This document shows positions 23,722 to 38,439 of a stretch of 64,000 nucleotides of DNA, piece by piece. How positions within the stretch are numbered: position 1 is the stretch's first letter; each line of letters begins with the position of its first letter. The notes under the pieces were generated by a model that saw only the letters and a list, made by a program, of their open reading frames with translations, ran no database searches and was not told the DNA's origin. The translations under genes were made by a program, and so were the position numbers. The DNA comes from Octopus vulgaris (taxonomy: Eukaryota), in NCBI GenBank assembly GCA_951406725.2, contig OX597815.1, positions 10,602,001 to 10,666,000 on the forward strand, given 5' to 3'.

Positions 23722-24115
23722 TTATATATAAAAGTAAGGTTGTGTGTCTGTCTCCTACGATTTAGATTCCTAACTACTCTCACATTTTGCGGTGCAGTCT
23801 AACCAAAACCGGGTATCTTATAGTCGTAATTCATATCGAGCCCTTCTGGGTATTAGCGCGCGTCTACGATGAGTCTACGATTTAAAAAATAATTTACCAT
23901 AATTTTTTTCATTTTAATGCATTTTTTCGCTATTATATAAGGGAAGTAAATCTCTAAAAATGTCTACGATGAGTCAACGATTTAAAAAAAAAATTTACTA
24001 TAATTTTTTTTCCATTTTTAATGCACTTTTTTGCTATTTTTTGGCTATAACTCTCTAAAAATGCTTTATAGTTATTCCCTTTACAAACCCGAGCAACGCT
24101 GAGCGATACTGCTAG
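23719..24115 (+). mobile_element. Non-autonomous Helitron
   Basis: 5' TC after A, 3' CTAG before T, subterminal GC-rich hairpin (CCCGAGCAACGCCGGG in sister copies), no TSD; at least 5 copies in window. Confidence 0.88.
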
Positions 24116-24232
24116 TATATATATTTCGTCTACCTTTCAACTTCTGTTCTTTCAACATGTGATCTCTTGAGCACCACCAGCAAAAAATTTTTTTCCTCTG
24201 TCTTCCCTTCTCGGGATCTTTCCTTCTCCTTT

Positions 24233-24267
24233 GTTTTCGACGAAGAGCTCCGCTCGAAACGTTAAAC
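24233..24267 (+). ncRNA. Minimal hammerhead motif (sister of 16368-16402)
   Basis: GTTT-TCGACGA-A-GAGC(TCC)GCTC-GAA-ACGT-T-AAAC within a (TA)n-bounded element at about 24125-24352. Confidence 0.6.
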
Positions 24268-24347
24268 CCTCCTTCCCTTCTTTCCTGAGTGTCAAATAAT
24301 ACTTTAATTGTTCCACGTCCTTTTTTTCTGTGTTTTCTTGTTTGGAT

Positions 24348-24407
<60 letters not shown>

Positions 24408-24426
24408 GTATATATATCTATATATG

Positions 24427-24467
<41 letters not shown>

Positions 24468-24545
24468 GTATGTGTATGTATGTATGCATTATTATGTATG
24501 TATGCTTGAAAGTGCATATACACTCAGGTGCACACACAATAATAT

Positions 24546-24577
<32 letters not shown>

Positions 24578-24988
24578 CATACACATGAATAAATTCTGCT
24601 GGGCAAAAAAAAATAATAATGATGAATTTTAAATGTTACTAATTCAATCATGCAGCTTCTATTAAAATACTGTTTTTAGTCTTAAGGCCAAGCTGTTTGT
24701 GTCTTTTAATACATAATGGCTTTTTTAGCGACTCCGTCAGCTTGCCGTTTCATATTTAAATGCTATCGGGGATTTTGCCTGCGGGCCTCGTATTGTTTGT
24801 TCTATCGTTGGCCAATATTTATAGTCTCTCAACATGAGCTGACTGAGCTTGTCAATTCCATATATATCTTCCACCGTCCTGCTCTCCATATCTCTCCACT
24901 TATCGCTAATAACTCTATACATCCTTATCATACCATTTCCATTTATTGTATTTTACTACAGCCCGATGTTTGTCCTTCCGTCCCCTTG

Positions 24989-25149
24989 CACACACTCACA
25001 CACACTCACACACACACACACTCACACACACGCACACGCACACACACGCATTCACACACACACACTCACACAGACACACACACAAACACACTCACACAGA
25101 CACACACACATACACTCACACTCACACAAACACACACACACACACACAA

Positions 25150-25222
<73 letters not shown>

Positions 25223-25240
25223 AACACACACACACAAACA

Positions 25241-25303
<63 letters not shown>

Positions 25304-25311
25304 TCACACAC

Positions 25312-25384
<73 letters not shown>

Positions 25385-25494
25385 GTACTCAAGGCCGTGT
25401 TTCACTGTAAGCTTCGTTGACTTAGTTCTTAACGTGGACATTATGAAAACAACGAACTTATTAACAAGTCTGTTCTTGGTCAAAGCATTTCTCT

Positions 25495-25545
<51 letters not shown>

Positions 25546-25618
25546 TCTCTCTCTTCTTCTTCTTCTTCTTCTTCTTCTTCTTCTTCTTCTTCTTCTTCTT
25601 CTCCTTCTTCTTCTTCTC
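24989..25618. repeat. (CA)n and (CTT)n microsatellites
   Basis: Direct reading; a unique 120-bp island lies at 25380-25497. Confidence 0.95.
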
Positions 25619-25669
25619 ATAAGCAATATATTGGGTTACACGGAAACATATCACAGCACAGAAAACACA

Positions 25670-26328
25670 AACTATACCACTACCACCACCACCCCCAAAC
25701 ACCACCCCCAAACACCACCGCCACCACCACCACCACCACAACGACGACGATCAGCTACTACTACCACCACCGCCACCACCACCACCACTACCACCACCAC
25801 CACCACCACCACCACCACCACCACCACCACCACAACGACGACGATCAGCTACTACTACCACCACCCCACCACCACCACCACACCACCGCCACCACCACCA
25901 ACAACAACAACACCACCGCCACCACCACCACCACCACCACACCACCACCACCACCACCACCACCACCACCACCACCACCACCACCACCACCACCACCACC
26001 ACCAACAACAACAACACCACCACCACCACCACCACCACCACCACCACCACCACCACCAACACCACCACCACCACCACCACCACCAACAACAACACCAACA
26101 CCACCAACACCACCACCACCACCACCACCACCACCACCACCACCATCATCACATCGTCGCCACTATCATCACCACCACCACCACCACCACCACCACCGCC
26201 ACCACCACCACCACCACCACCACCACCACCACCACCACCACCACCACCACCACCACCACCACCACCGCCACCACCACCACCATCATCACATCGTCTCCAC
26301 TATCATCACCACCACTACCACCACCACC
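25670..26328. repeat. (CCA)n-rich tract with internal higher-order duplications
   Basis: CAACGACGACGATCAGCTACTACTACC and CATCATCACATCGTC each occur twice. Confidence 0.95.
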
Positions 26329-26514
26329 GTCTCTGTTGTTGCTAATGCAGTCGAGTGCCTGTGGAACCCACGATCACTTCTCACAATAGAAATCATGCTA
26401 ACACAGAAACGGCATTTTTCTTTTCTCTTTCTCTTTATCTGCGAAGACTAACATGGGACTTGAGAAATAGATTATATATGTACTTGCAACGAAACCGCTC
26501 TCGGCTCAGTTTTC

Positions 26515-27090
<576 letters not shown>

Positions 27091-27229
27091 CTTTCTCTTA
27101 TTCAATATTATATATGTCAATGTATGTGCGTGCGTGTGTATACATTCATACAGACACATATACACATACATGCATGTACATGCATCCCATACACTAGTGC
27201 CTTTGGGGTTTTAAATTGCGGATAGCCAG

Positions 27230-27480
27230 CCATTGCGACTGCTCTTTTGTCTTTTGGCCAGGGAAGATACATTCCAGCTAGAATTCAAAAGATCTTTTCT
27301 TATGATTAACGCGAAGGGCCTAGTGACATTTAAAAAGGTTGCAATCTGAGAATCACAGTTGTTGGCAGCTAAGGCGACGAGAACGGTGTGTCTTTTCATC
27401 GTCTGCGATATATTCAAAGCTTCCATATTGGAGCTGAAGAGAGAGAGAGGATGTTTAGTTAAAGTTTGGGTCATTTATGG
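27230..27480 (-). pseudogene. DD37D/maT-type transposase N-terminal relic
   Basis: SQTMKRHTVLVALAANNCDSQIATFLNVTRPF; parallels the N-terminus near 58130 (WKRHAVPLGIHAG). Confidence 0.55.
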
Positions 27481-27548
27481 TTCTTAAAAGTTTTGTTCAC
27501 AAAATATTTGACGTGCCCTGTATATATAATCTTTTATAAAAATATATA

Positions 27549-27710
27549 GGCGCAGGAGTGGCTGTGTGGTAAGTAGCTTGCTAACCAACCACATGGTTCC
27601 GGGTTCAGTCCCACTGCGTGGCATCTTGGGCAAGTGTCTTCTACTATAGCCCCGGGCCGACCGATGCCTTGTGAGTGGATTTGGTAGACGGAAACTGAAA
27701 GAAGCCTGTC

Positions 27711-27788
<78 letters not shown>

Positions 27789-28012
27789 ATGTTCGTGTGT
27801 CTGTGTTTGTCCCCCTAGCATTGCTTGACAACCGATGCTGGTGTGTTTACGTCCCGTCACTTAGCGGTTCGGCAAAAAGAGACCGATAGAATAAGTACTG
27901 GGCTTACAAAGAATAAGTCCCGGGGTCGATTTGCTCGACTAAAAAGGCGGTGCTCCAGCATGGCCGCAGTCAAATGACTGAAACAAGTAAAAGAGTAAAA
28001 AAGAGTGAAAGA
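27549..28012 (+). mobile_element. SINE family A
   Basis: Full-length copy. Confidence 0.92.
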
Positions 28013-28083
28013 GGACTACATTTTCCAGTGTGTCTTTACCTGATTTCTATGACGTTTTGAAGATAGTCTAGCTGTGATGTCTA

Positions 28084-28292
28084 CAGGGTGTCCACAAAGT
28101 CTGGGTACATGGACTAAATAAAATCATAACATAAAGAATTAAATATAAGAAATAATAATTTCTTAAAGTATGTGTTAATCCCCATGTGGGTACATGGAGT
28201 AAATATAATCATAACATAAAGAATTAAATATAAGAAATCATTTCTTGAAGTATGTGTTAATTCCTATGTACCCAGACTTTGTGGACACCCCG
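28084..28292. mobile_element. Tc1/mariner-type MITE
   Basis: TIRs CAGGGTGTCCACAAAGTCTGGGTACAT / ATGTACCCAGACTTTGTGGACACCCCG, TA on both sides, internal ~85-bp tandem duplication. Confidence 0.9.
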
Positions 28293-28829
28293 TAGAAGGC
28301 TGGGTGCCTTCGCTGAGGCCTTCAGTGGAAGAGCGAAGTTAAACTTTACACTGTCGTGTTTCCCAGTTCAAGAATGGCATCGTTCAATGTAGCCTGAGTA
28401 TGATTTGAGAGAGTGTTGCAGTCATTTGTAACAGGTTGACTGACAAGTGAATTGTTATGGGAGTTTCCAAAATCTTCATTTGACTGTAGGTAAAACTGTT
28501 TATTATTTGATGGAGTGTGTTTTCTATTCATTATATAAATATATGGATCTCATAGAAATCAAACAAATAAGAGAGCTAAAAGAATATTTAAAAAACACGG
28601 ATTACTTTTTGATTTGTAATTAGTTTTTTTTCCCCACTCTCCAGTATATAATGTGTTCCAGGTGGTATATATTTGAAAAATCTTCTCATTTTAGTGACAG
28701 TGTGTGGGTGGGAAGAGAGAGAAAGAGAGAGAGAGAGACAGAGAGAGGATAGGGGGCAACAACAAGAAAGACAAATTTTAAAAAAAGGTAAGGTATTCTT
28801 AGTAATTCCGTAAATGAACTGAAGGGGGT

Positions 28830-28860
28830 CTCAATTGTTACGCTAGCCCTTCATCAGAAA
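28830..28860 (-). ncRNA. Degenerate hammerhead motif
   Basis: CTGATGA-AGGGCTAGC-GTAA-CAATTG: canonical core and palindrome retained, GAAA and stem II decayed. Confidence 0.4.
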
Positions 28861-29162
28861 AAAGGGAAGAAAGGAAAGGCAACGGGAAAAAGAATGATAG
28901 TTGGTGGTGAAAGCAAACAGAAAAAAAAATTAGGGTCTAGGTGGGAATGCATTCTATTGGGAGGAGTTCGGAAGAGAGGAGGAAGCGGGGTGGTATGTAC
29001 ACGTATAGGAAAGTACCCGTGTATGGAAATCAGAAAAGGGGAGGTTGTGTGTGTGATGTAGAGCGCAGGTAGTTTCTTGGCCTGTGTGGATGTGTGCAAG
29101 TGTTATAGGATGGTAGTGTGGTGTAGTTTGTATGTGGGAGGATGGCGACTAGTTGTGAATGT

Positions 29163-29466
29163 TGTTTGTTCCTTCTCGAGGCACGCCTGGCTCATAAGGG
29201 CCGGTTTCCCGGTTTCATTAGCGTATAAGTTCCCCACCTGTACGGTACGCCGGTCTGTCGCAGGTGAGCTGCAAGATGCGGGAGGAAAGAGTGAGAGAAA
29301 GTTGTGGCGAAAGAGTCAGCAGAGGTTCGCCATTACCTTCTGCCGGAGCCGCGTGGAGCTTAGGTATTTCGCTCATAAACACACACATCGCCCGGTCTGA
29401 GATTCGAACCCGCGATCCCTCGACCGCGAGTCCGCTGCTCTAACCACTTGGCCATGTGCCTCCACT
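29163..29466 (-). mobile_element. tRNA(Arg)-like SINE, family C variant
   Basis: Head GTGGAGGCACATGGCCAAGTGGTTAGAGCAGCGGACTCGCGG...GGTTCGAATC; TSD GTTGTGAATGT. Confidence 0.9.
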
Positions 29467-29812
29467 GTTGTGAATGTAATATAGGTGAGAATAAGACGTG
29501 GGAAAAGGGAAAGGGAAGGTAGGAAAACCACTGAAGAAGGCAAAAAAAAAAGGGACAAAGTTCGAAAAAAAAAGAGGTATAACCTGTAAGAAAAATATAA
29601 TGAAAGTGGAAAGTCAAGGAGGAAACAGAATTCAGGTAAGACTTCGTTAATCTTAGTTTCAGCTGTCATTGGCTCATATCAAAGGTTCAGTGCTGAATCA
29701 TCATCCAGGAAATCTGATCTCAAAACAAAACATGAGTCATGAGTCATCCTAATCCGAACGGGTGTTAGTATATAGTTTCAACCACAGACTTGGGTTATCT
29801 GAAGCATCTTAA

Positions 29813-30265
<453 letters not shown>

Positions 30266-30905
30266 TATCAGCAAATACCAGCATGCATGTATCCGTGCAT
30301 GATTTCATATACGTCTGTTTAGTGTGTGTGTGTGTGTTAATATATGTGTGTGTGTGTGTATGTGTATAAAGATATATTCATACAGGCTAAGCATGCATAC
30401 GTCTAAAGATGCATTCATACCGGCTTTTCAATACATAGTCAATGATCACAATGATTGTAGCATTGATATTATTTAACCCTAGTCATCCCTGGTTGAGTAG
30501 ACCTATGGAGAAGGGAGCTCTTGCCTGAGCATTCCATCTTTTCCCAGACACATTGTACTGTGGACTACATTATCCAGATGTCCTTTTAAAAACAAGTGCG
30601 TGACTTATGGAAGATTTAGCAGCATTTTTTAGCAGGTCAAGCAACTGGTATGGTTGATCCATATGTTGTTGTTGTTGGTGATGGTGTGGAAGTGGCGGTG
30701 ATGGTAATGGTGGTGGTGATGGTTGTTGTAATCGTTTTTGCTGATTGTATTGGGTGGGTTCTTCGCAGTGGTGGTGCGCATATTAGCGTTGTTGTTGGTG
30801 GTGGTGAGGGTGGTGGTGTCACTGATGGCAACAATATTGCTTGAGATGGTGCGATGGTGGTGCGATGCTAGGGATCATGACGATGATTGATGAAGATGAA
30901 AATTA

Positions 30906-32245
30906 AGGTGGCGAGCTGGTAGAAACGTTAGCACGCCGGGCGAAATGCATAGCGGTATTTCGTCTGTCTTTACGTTCTGAGTTCAAATTCCGCCGAGGCC
31001 GACTTTGCCTTTCATCCTTTCGGGGTCGATAAATTAAGTACCAGTTACGCACTGGGGTTGATGTAATCTACTTAATCCGTCTGTCTGTCCTTGTTTGTCC
31101 CCTCTGTGTTTAGCCCCTTGTGGGTAATAAAGAAATAGGTATTTCGGCTGTCTTTACGTTCTGAGTTCAAATTCCGCCGAGGTCGACTTTGCCTTTCATC
31201 CTTTCGGGGTCGATAAATTAAGTACCAGTTACGCACTGGGGTCGATGAAATCTACTTAATACCTATGTCTGTCCTTGTTTGTCCCCTCTGTGTTTAGCCC
31301 GTTGTGGGTAATAAAGAAATAGGTATTTCGTGTGTCTTTACGTTCTGAGTTCAAATTCCGCCGTGGCCGACTTTGCCTTTCATCCTTTCGGGGTCGATAC
31401 ACTAAGTACCAGTTACGCACTGGGGTCGATATAATCTACTTAATCCGTCTGTCTGTCCTTGTTTGTCCCCTCTGTGTTTAGCCCCTTGTGGGTAATAAAG
31501 AAATAAGTATTTCGGCTGTCTTTACGTTCTGAGTAACAAATTCCGCCGAGGCCGACTTTGCCTTTCATCCTTTCGGGGTCGATAAATTAAGTACCAGTTA
31601 TGCACTGGGGTCGATATAATCTACTTAATCCGTCTGTCTGTCCTTGTTTGTCGCCTTTGTGTTTAGCCCGTTGTGGGTAATAAAGAAATAGGTATTTCGT
31701 CTGCCGTTACGTTCTGAGTTCAAATTCCGCCGAGGCCGACTTTGCCTTTCATCCTTTCGGGGTCGATAAATTAAGTACCAGTTACGCACTGGGGCCGATG
31801 AAATCTACTTAATACCTATGTCTGTCCTTGTTTGTCCCCTCTGTGTTTAGCCCCTTGTGGGTAATAAAGAAATAGGTATTTCGGCTGTCTTTACGTTCTG
31901 AGTTCAAATTCCGCCGAGGTCGACTTTGCCTTTCATCCTTTCGGGGTCGATAAATTAAGTACCAGTTACACACTGGGGTCGATGTAATCGACTTAATACC
32001 TATGTCTGTCTTTGTTTGTCCCCTCTATGTTTAGCCCGTTGTGGGTAATAAAGAAATAGGTATTTCGTCTGTCTTTACGTTCTGAGTTCAAATTCCGCCG
32101 AGGCCGACTTTGCCTTTCATCCTTTCGGGGTCGATAAATTAAGTACCAGTTACGCACTGGGGTCGGTATAATCTACTTAATCCGTCGTCTGTCTGTCCTT
32201 GTTTGTCTCCTTTGTGTTTAGCCCGTTGTGGGTAGTAAAGAAATA
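30906..32245 (+). mobile_element. SINE family B concatemer (1 head + 7 bodies)
   Basis: About 184-bp units joined at GAAATA(GG/AG)TATTTC; 18-bp TSD GATGATTGATGAAGATGA at 30882-30899 and 32246-32263. Confidence 0.92.
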
Positions 32246-32282
32246 GATGATTGATGAAGATGATGATGATGAGGAGAATGAC

Positions 32283-32319
<37 letters not shown>

Positions 32320-32487
32320 GTGATACTGTTAATGCTAATGATAAATTGCATTTGTGGTGGTGGTGATGGGCAGTGGTGGTAGTCTTTGATTTGAAAGGTA
32401 GTATTAAATACATACGTACATGCATATACATGCATACGTATGTGTGTATGTACACGGGCACGTATATATATATATGTGTGTGTGCAT

Positions 32488-32530
<43 letters not shown>

Positions 32531-32929
32531 TGTGCGTACGTGTGTGTGCGCGCGCGTATTAGTTTAGCTCAATACCATAAGTGGCCGCTCTATAATTCAC
32601 TCTGTAAACCTACTTTATCACCACTTTAGCCTGGATACTTCTCTTGTATCCATGCAACCACAGCATCAGCCATCAAACGATTCTTGAGACCACGTTGTTG
32701 TTGTTACTGTTGTTGTTGTTCTTTCAGTTGCCATTTTGCTGCTGCCTTGTTTTTGTGTTGCCTTTTCTCGTTAATCTTTTTGTTGTTGTTTTTGTTACTG
32801 TCGTTGATAGTGTTGTTGTTGTTATTGTTGTTGTTGTTGTTGCTGCTGTTGCTCTTTTTTTTTTATAATGTATGTTACGCCGGGATACATGTCCAATAAA
32901 TAACCATCTGTTTGGCTATCGAGATTATC

Positions 32930-32933
32930 ATTG

Positions 32934-32973
<40 letters not shown>

Positions 32974-33009
32974 GATCATGATCAGCATCACCATCATCAT
33001 CATCCTCAC

Positions 33010-33059
<50 letters not shown>

Positions 33060-33099
33060 CCATCATCATCATCCTCACCATCATCATCATCATCCTCAC

Positions 33100-33135
<36 letters not shown>

Positions 33136-33171
33136 CACATCATCATCATCATCATCATCATCATCCCCATC

Positions 33172-33203
<32 letters not shown>

Positions 33204-33266
33204 CATCATCCTCACCACTATCATCATCATCATCATCATCCCCATCATCATCCCATCATCATCATT

Positions 33267-33300
<34 letters not shown>

Positions 33301-33319
33301 CCATCATCATCATCCTCAC

Positions 33320-33352
<33 letters not shown>

Positions 33353-33427
33353 CACCATCATCATCATCATCATCCCCATCATCATCATCATCATCATCAT
33401 CATCCTCACCATCATCATCATCATCCC

Positions 33428-33481
<54 letters not shown>

Positions 33482-33519
33482 CACCACTATCATCATCATC
33501 ATCATCCCCATCATCATCC

Positions 33520-33569
<50 letters not shown>

Positions 33570-33588
33570 CCATCATCATCATCCTCAC

Positions 33589-33633
<45 letters not shown>

Positions 33634-33658
33634 CACCACCGTCATCATCATCACCATC

Positions 33659-33690
<32 letters not shown>

Positions 33691-33763
33691 CATCACCACC
33701 ATCATCATCACCATCATCATCATCATCATCATCACCATCACCACCACCATCATCATCATCATC

Positions 33764-33795
<32 letters not shown>

Positions 33796-33838
33796 CATCA
33801 CCATCATCATCATCCTCACCACCATCATCATCATCACC

Positions 33839-33870
<32 letters not shown>

Positions 33871-33947
33871 CATCATCATTACCATCATCATCATCATCAT
33901 CCTCACCATCATCATCATCATCATCATCACCATCATCATCATCCTCT

Positions 33948-33980
<33 letters not shown>

Positions 33981-33987
33981 TCACCAC

Positions 33988-34024
<37 letters not shown>

Positions 34025-34130
34025 GTATTCGTCGTCACCGTCGTTGTCATCGTCGTCATCCTCATCATTGTCGTCATCATCATCATCGTTGTTGTCGTCG
34101 TCGTCATCATCATCATCATCAACAACAAGA
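32930..34130. repeat. 1.2-kb (CAT)n microsatellite
   Basis: Direct reading; CCT and CAC interruptions. Confidence 0.97.
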
Positions 34131-34374
34131 ACATTATCATTACCACCCTCAATAACGTCAATATTTTTTGGTAAAGGTGACAAGCCGGCAGGCCAGACAA
34201 AATGTACAGTGGCGTTTCGTCCGTCTTTGATCTTTAAGTTCAAATTCTGCAGTAGTCGACTTAGCCTCTCGTCCTTTCGGGTTCGATGAAATAAATACCA
34301 GTCAAGCACTGGAGACGATGTAATCAACAATCCTCTCCTCACAAATTCCAAGGCTTGTGTCTATAGGAGAAAGG

Positions 34375-34424
<50 letters not shown>

Positions 34425-34432
34425 TATTATTG

Positions 34433-34613
34433 TTCCTTCGTAACACAGTGTAGGTAAAGATGCACCGGAGCCTTTAGTCAACTGTCAAGTCACAAAGACC
34501 TCAGACAGATAATGCTTTCCTTAAGATGTAAAGTATTATCTGTCTGAGGTCCTTGTTGTGACTTGACTGATGACTAAAGACTCCAGTGCATTTTTACCTA
34601 CACTATCACGAAG

Positions 34614-34616
<3 letters not shown>
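34433..34616. repeat. ~86-bp-arm palindrome between (ATT)n and (AAT)n
   Basis: Arms 34433-34518 / 34530-34616 with 11-nt loop; the flanking microsatellites extend the symmetry. Confidence 0.9.
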
Positions 34617-35428
<812 letters not shown>

Positions 35429-36383
35429 CTTTGACCTGTATTAGAAAGAGCTAAAAGAACGGGATCAAGAAATTTAGGTCATAGAGGATCTTTGGTTGAT
35501 TCAATTGTTCCTTTCACTACACTTCGCAGGACTTTCTTCCATTTAAGAAGCTATTCATTTCATTGCCTTTGTTATCAATATACGATTACAAGGGACACAA
35601 ATCGAACGTCTATCACTACTTGTTTGATCTGTATTTGTAACTGCAATTTTTTCTCTTACCGTAATCAGTATATCTTCAGTCACCTAAGATTCTATATCAC
35701 ACGCCGGATCATAGTGCTAGTGCATGCATATACAGCTGCGTGCGTGCGCACATACACGCGAGTACTGTCCAAATCTCCGACCAATCACATACAGCTAGCT
35801 GGCATTCAATTGGCGTATCAAGTTTCGGGCATTTTCATTGGGTTTTGGATAGAAAATTCACAAAAAAGTCACTTCTATTGATTTTTTAATGGCTTTGCGG
35901 GGTGACTGGGGAAATGTAAAGATGTGCACAACCACCCTTGGGCAGTTTTGAATGACCATAGAAAGTGAAAGCCCTCTAACTGAAAAATTGTGGATTTATA
36001 TAAAGGACACGCGCACACACATACACACACAGACATTTTGCCGTTTATATATATAGAGATTATATTCAATGTTAAAATTCCATGACAAATTAATATCGTA
36101 ATACATTAAGTTGATAGCTGTACCTTTTGTCAGTTCTAAATTAAATTTTTTTTAACAGAAAATCTTATGAACATTAAGTAACAATCTTGACGTGCTTACT
36201 TTTATATTCTCTTTGTGCAAAGTTATTGTACTGACTCTTCAGGAAGCTAATGTTTTCACACCTTATTTTTACCCCAAAGTCTACATATGGGTGATTCCAC
36301 GTTCTTATCGACATCATCCTTGTCATAGTTTGTTATCTCTGTACTTTTACTGCACAAACTTCAGTTCCATTCTTTATATCTGA

Positions 36384-36781
36384 CTAGCAGTATCGCCCGG
36401 CGTTGCTCGGGTTTGTAAGGGAAATAACTATATAAGAATTTTTAGAGAGTTATAGCCAAAAAAATAGCAAAAAATGCATTAAAAATGGGAATAAAATGAT
36501 GGCAATTTTTTTTTAAATCGTTGACTCATCGTAGGCATTTTTAGAGAGTTACTTCCCTTGTATAATAGCGAAAAAATGCATTAAAATGGAAAAAAAATGA
36601 TGGTAAATTATTTTTATAATCGTAGACTCATCGTAGACGCGCGCTAATACCCAGAAGGGCTCGATATGAATCACGACTATAAGATACCCGGTTTTGGTTA
36701 AACTGCACCGCAAAATGTGGGAGTAGTTAGGAATCTAAATCGTAGGAGACAGACACACAACCTTACTTTTATATATAAAGG
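36384..36781 (-). mobile_element. Non-autonomous Helitron, inserted in an R4-like LINE relic (about 36230-36960)
   Basis: CTAG end with hairpin CCCGAGCAACGCCGGG; same family as 23719-24115. Confidence 0.9.
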
Positions 36782-37071
36782 TTATCACATCGACTTTCAT
36801 ATCCCTTTTTTTATCCACACCACTAATCATATCTCTGGTACATTGTTCATTCATTGCTTTTCCATTCTTGTATATCTCTTTTACTTGTATTCTGATTCAC
36901 TTATATTCATCCTTATTAATTGTACTTAGTAATCTTTTATCGTACCAGAAAATTTTACACCAGCCATCATCTAAAAATTATTCTCTTCACTTATACACTC
37001 TTCGAAATTTCATCAGACTCACTCTTTTATTTTTCTCTAGTCAAGCAAAGTCTATGAATGTGACTCATAGA

Positions 37072-37322
37072 CTTGTTTGCATTATACATGATACTGATGA
37101 CGTTGGCGTAACGAAAAGTAGGAGCTGGGTATTGATAGAAAACAAGCAATCGAAATTAAAGCATCGTTTGTTCATAGACGATCCTAAACTGCTCAAGAAA
37201 AATGAAAACTAGATAGATTCTTTTGTTCAAATTGATTTAACAAAGGTATATATATATTTTTTTTTGTTTCAGTCATTTGACTGCAGCCATGCTGGAGCAC
37301 CGCCTTTTAGTCGAGCAAATCG
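37072..37322. repeat. Inverted duplicate of 38350-38605
   Basis: Near-identical reverse complement spanning a LINE RT fragment and a SINE A tail. Confidence 0.92.
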
Positions 37323-37602
37323 TCTAATGAAGCAAATCGACTATGAATGTGAAGTAGAATTCTCCATGCATTGCCATAAATTTCTCCGTCCTTCTGCCTA
37401 GCTTCTAAAGATCTTCCTTGTTTCGGTTGAGTGTCCCCGTTCGGTTCCTCATCCCTGTTGCCACTTATTTGCTTGTCTCTCCTATTTTAATTTTGGCTTC
37501 AATATCAATACTTCAGTTGACACTAACATTACATCTGCTGACTCCTATCTTCCCTCTTTTTCTCATTAGTACAGGGCACATTACCCGAATTCCACATGTA
37601 TA

Positions 37603-37764
37603 GGCGCAGGAGTGGCTGTGTGGTAAGTAGCCTGCTTACCAACCACACGTTTCCGTGTTCAGTCCCACTGCGTAGCACCTTGGGAAAGTGTCTTCTACTA
37701 TAGCCTCGGGCCGACCAAAGCCTTGTGAGTGGATTTGGTAGACGGAAACTGAAAGAAGCCTGTC

Positions 37765-37813
<49 letters not shown>

Positions 37814-37974
37814 TGCAGGAGTGGCTGTGTGGTAAGTAGCTTGCTTACCAACCACACGTTTCCGTGTTCAGTCCCACTGCGTAGCACCTTGGGAAAGTGT
37901 CTTCTACTATAGCCTCGGGCCGACCAACGCCATGTGAGTGGATTTGGTAGACGGAAACTGAAAGAAGCGTATCG

Positions 37975-38018
<44 letters not shown>

Positions 38019-38178
38019 TGCAGGAGTGGCTGTGTGGTAAGTAGCTTGCTTACCAACCACACGTTTCCGTGTTCAGTCCCAGTGCCTAGTACCTTGGAAA
38101 AGTGTCTTCTACTATAGCCTCGGGCTGACCAAAGCCTTGTGAGTGGATTTGGTAGACGGAAACTGAAAGAAGCCTGTC

Positions 38179-38257
<79 letters not shown>

Positions 38258-38420
38258 TGTGCTGGTATGCTTACGTCCCCGTTACTTGCGGTTCGGCAAA
38301 AGAGCCCGATAGAATAAGTACTAGGCTTACAAAGAATAAGAGCTGGGGTCGATTTGCTCGACTAAAAGGCGGGGCTCCAGCATGGCTGCAGTCAAATGAC
38401 TGAAACAAGTAAAAAAAAAA
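37603..38420 (+). mobile_element. SINE family A with triplicated 5' half
   Basis: Heads at about 37603, 37812 and 38017, each followed by (TA)n and sharing the private variant CACGTTTCCGTGTTCAG; one tail. Confidence 0.9.
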
Positions 38421-38439
38421 TATATATATACCTTTATTA

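Noticed and set aside
24737-24931. 64-aa ORF and nearby ADGVAKKA (RNase H-like) peptide
   Set aside because: Too short and broken to assign.
25631-26389. 252-aa Thr/Pro/His-rich ORF
   Set aside because: (CCA)n repeat translation.
30955-31138. SINE B unit bounded by GT...AG, suggesting an intron or lariat origin
   Set aside because: Other arrays join at GAAATATTTC or GAAATATGTATTTC without AG|GT, so end complementarity explains the junction better.
30906-32245. Regular array resembling CRISPR
   Set aside because: Units are whole 184-bp near-identical SINE bodies with no unique spacers; no cas genes; eukaryotic context.
32872-34351. Long poly-His/Ile/Ser/Asp/Met ORFs up to 427 aa
   Set aside because: Translations of a (CAT)n microsatellite, open in several frames.
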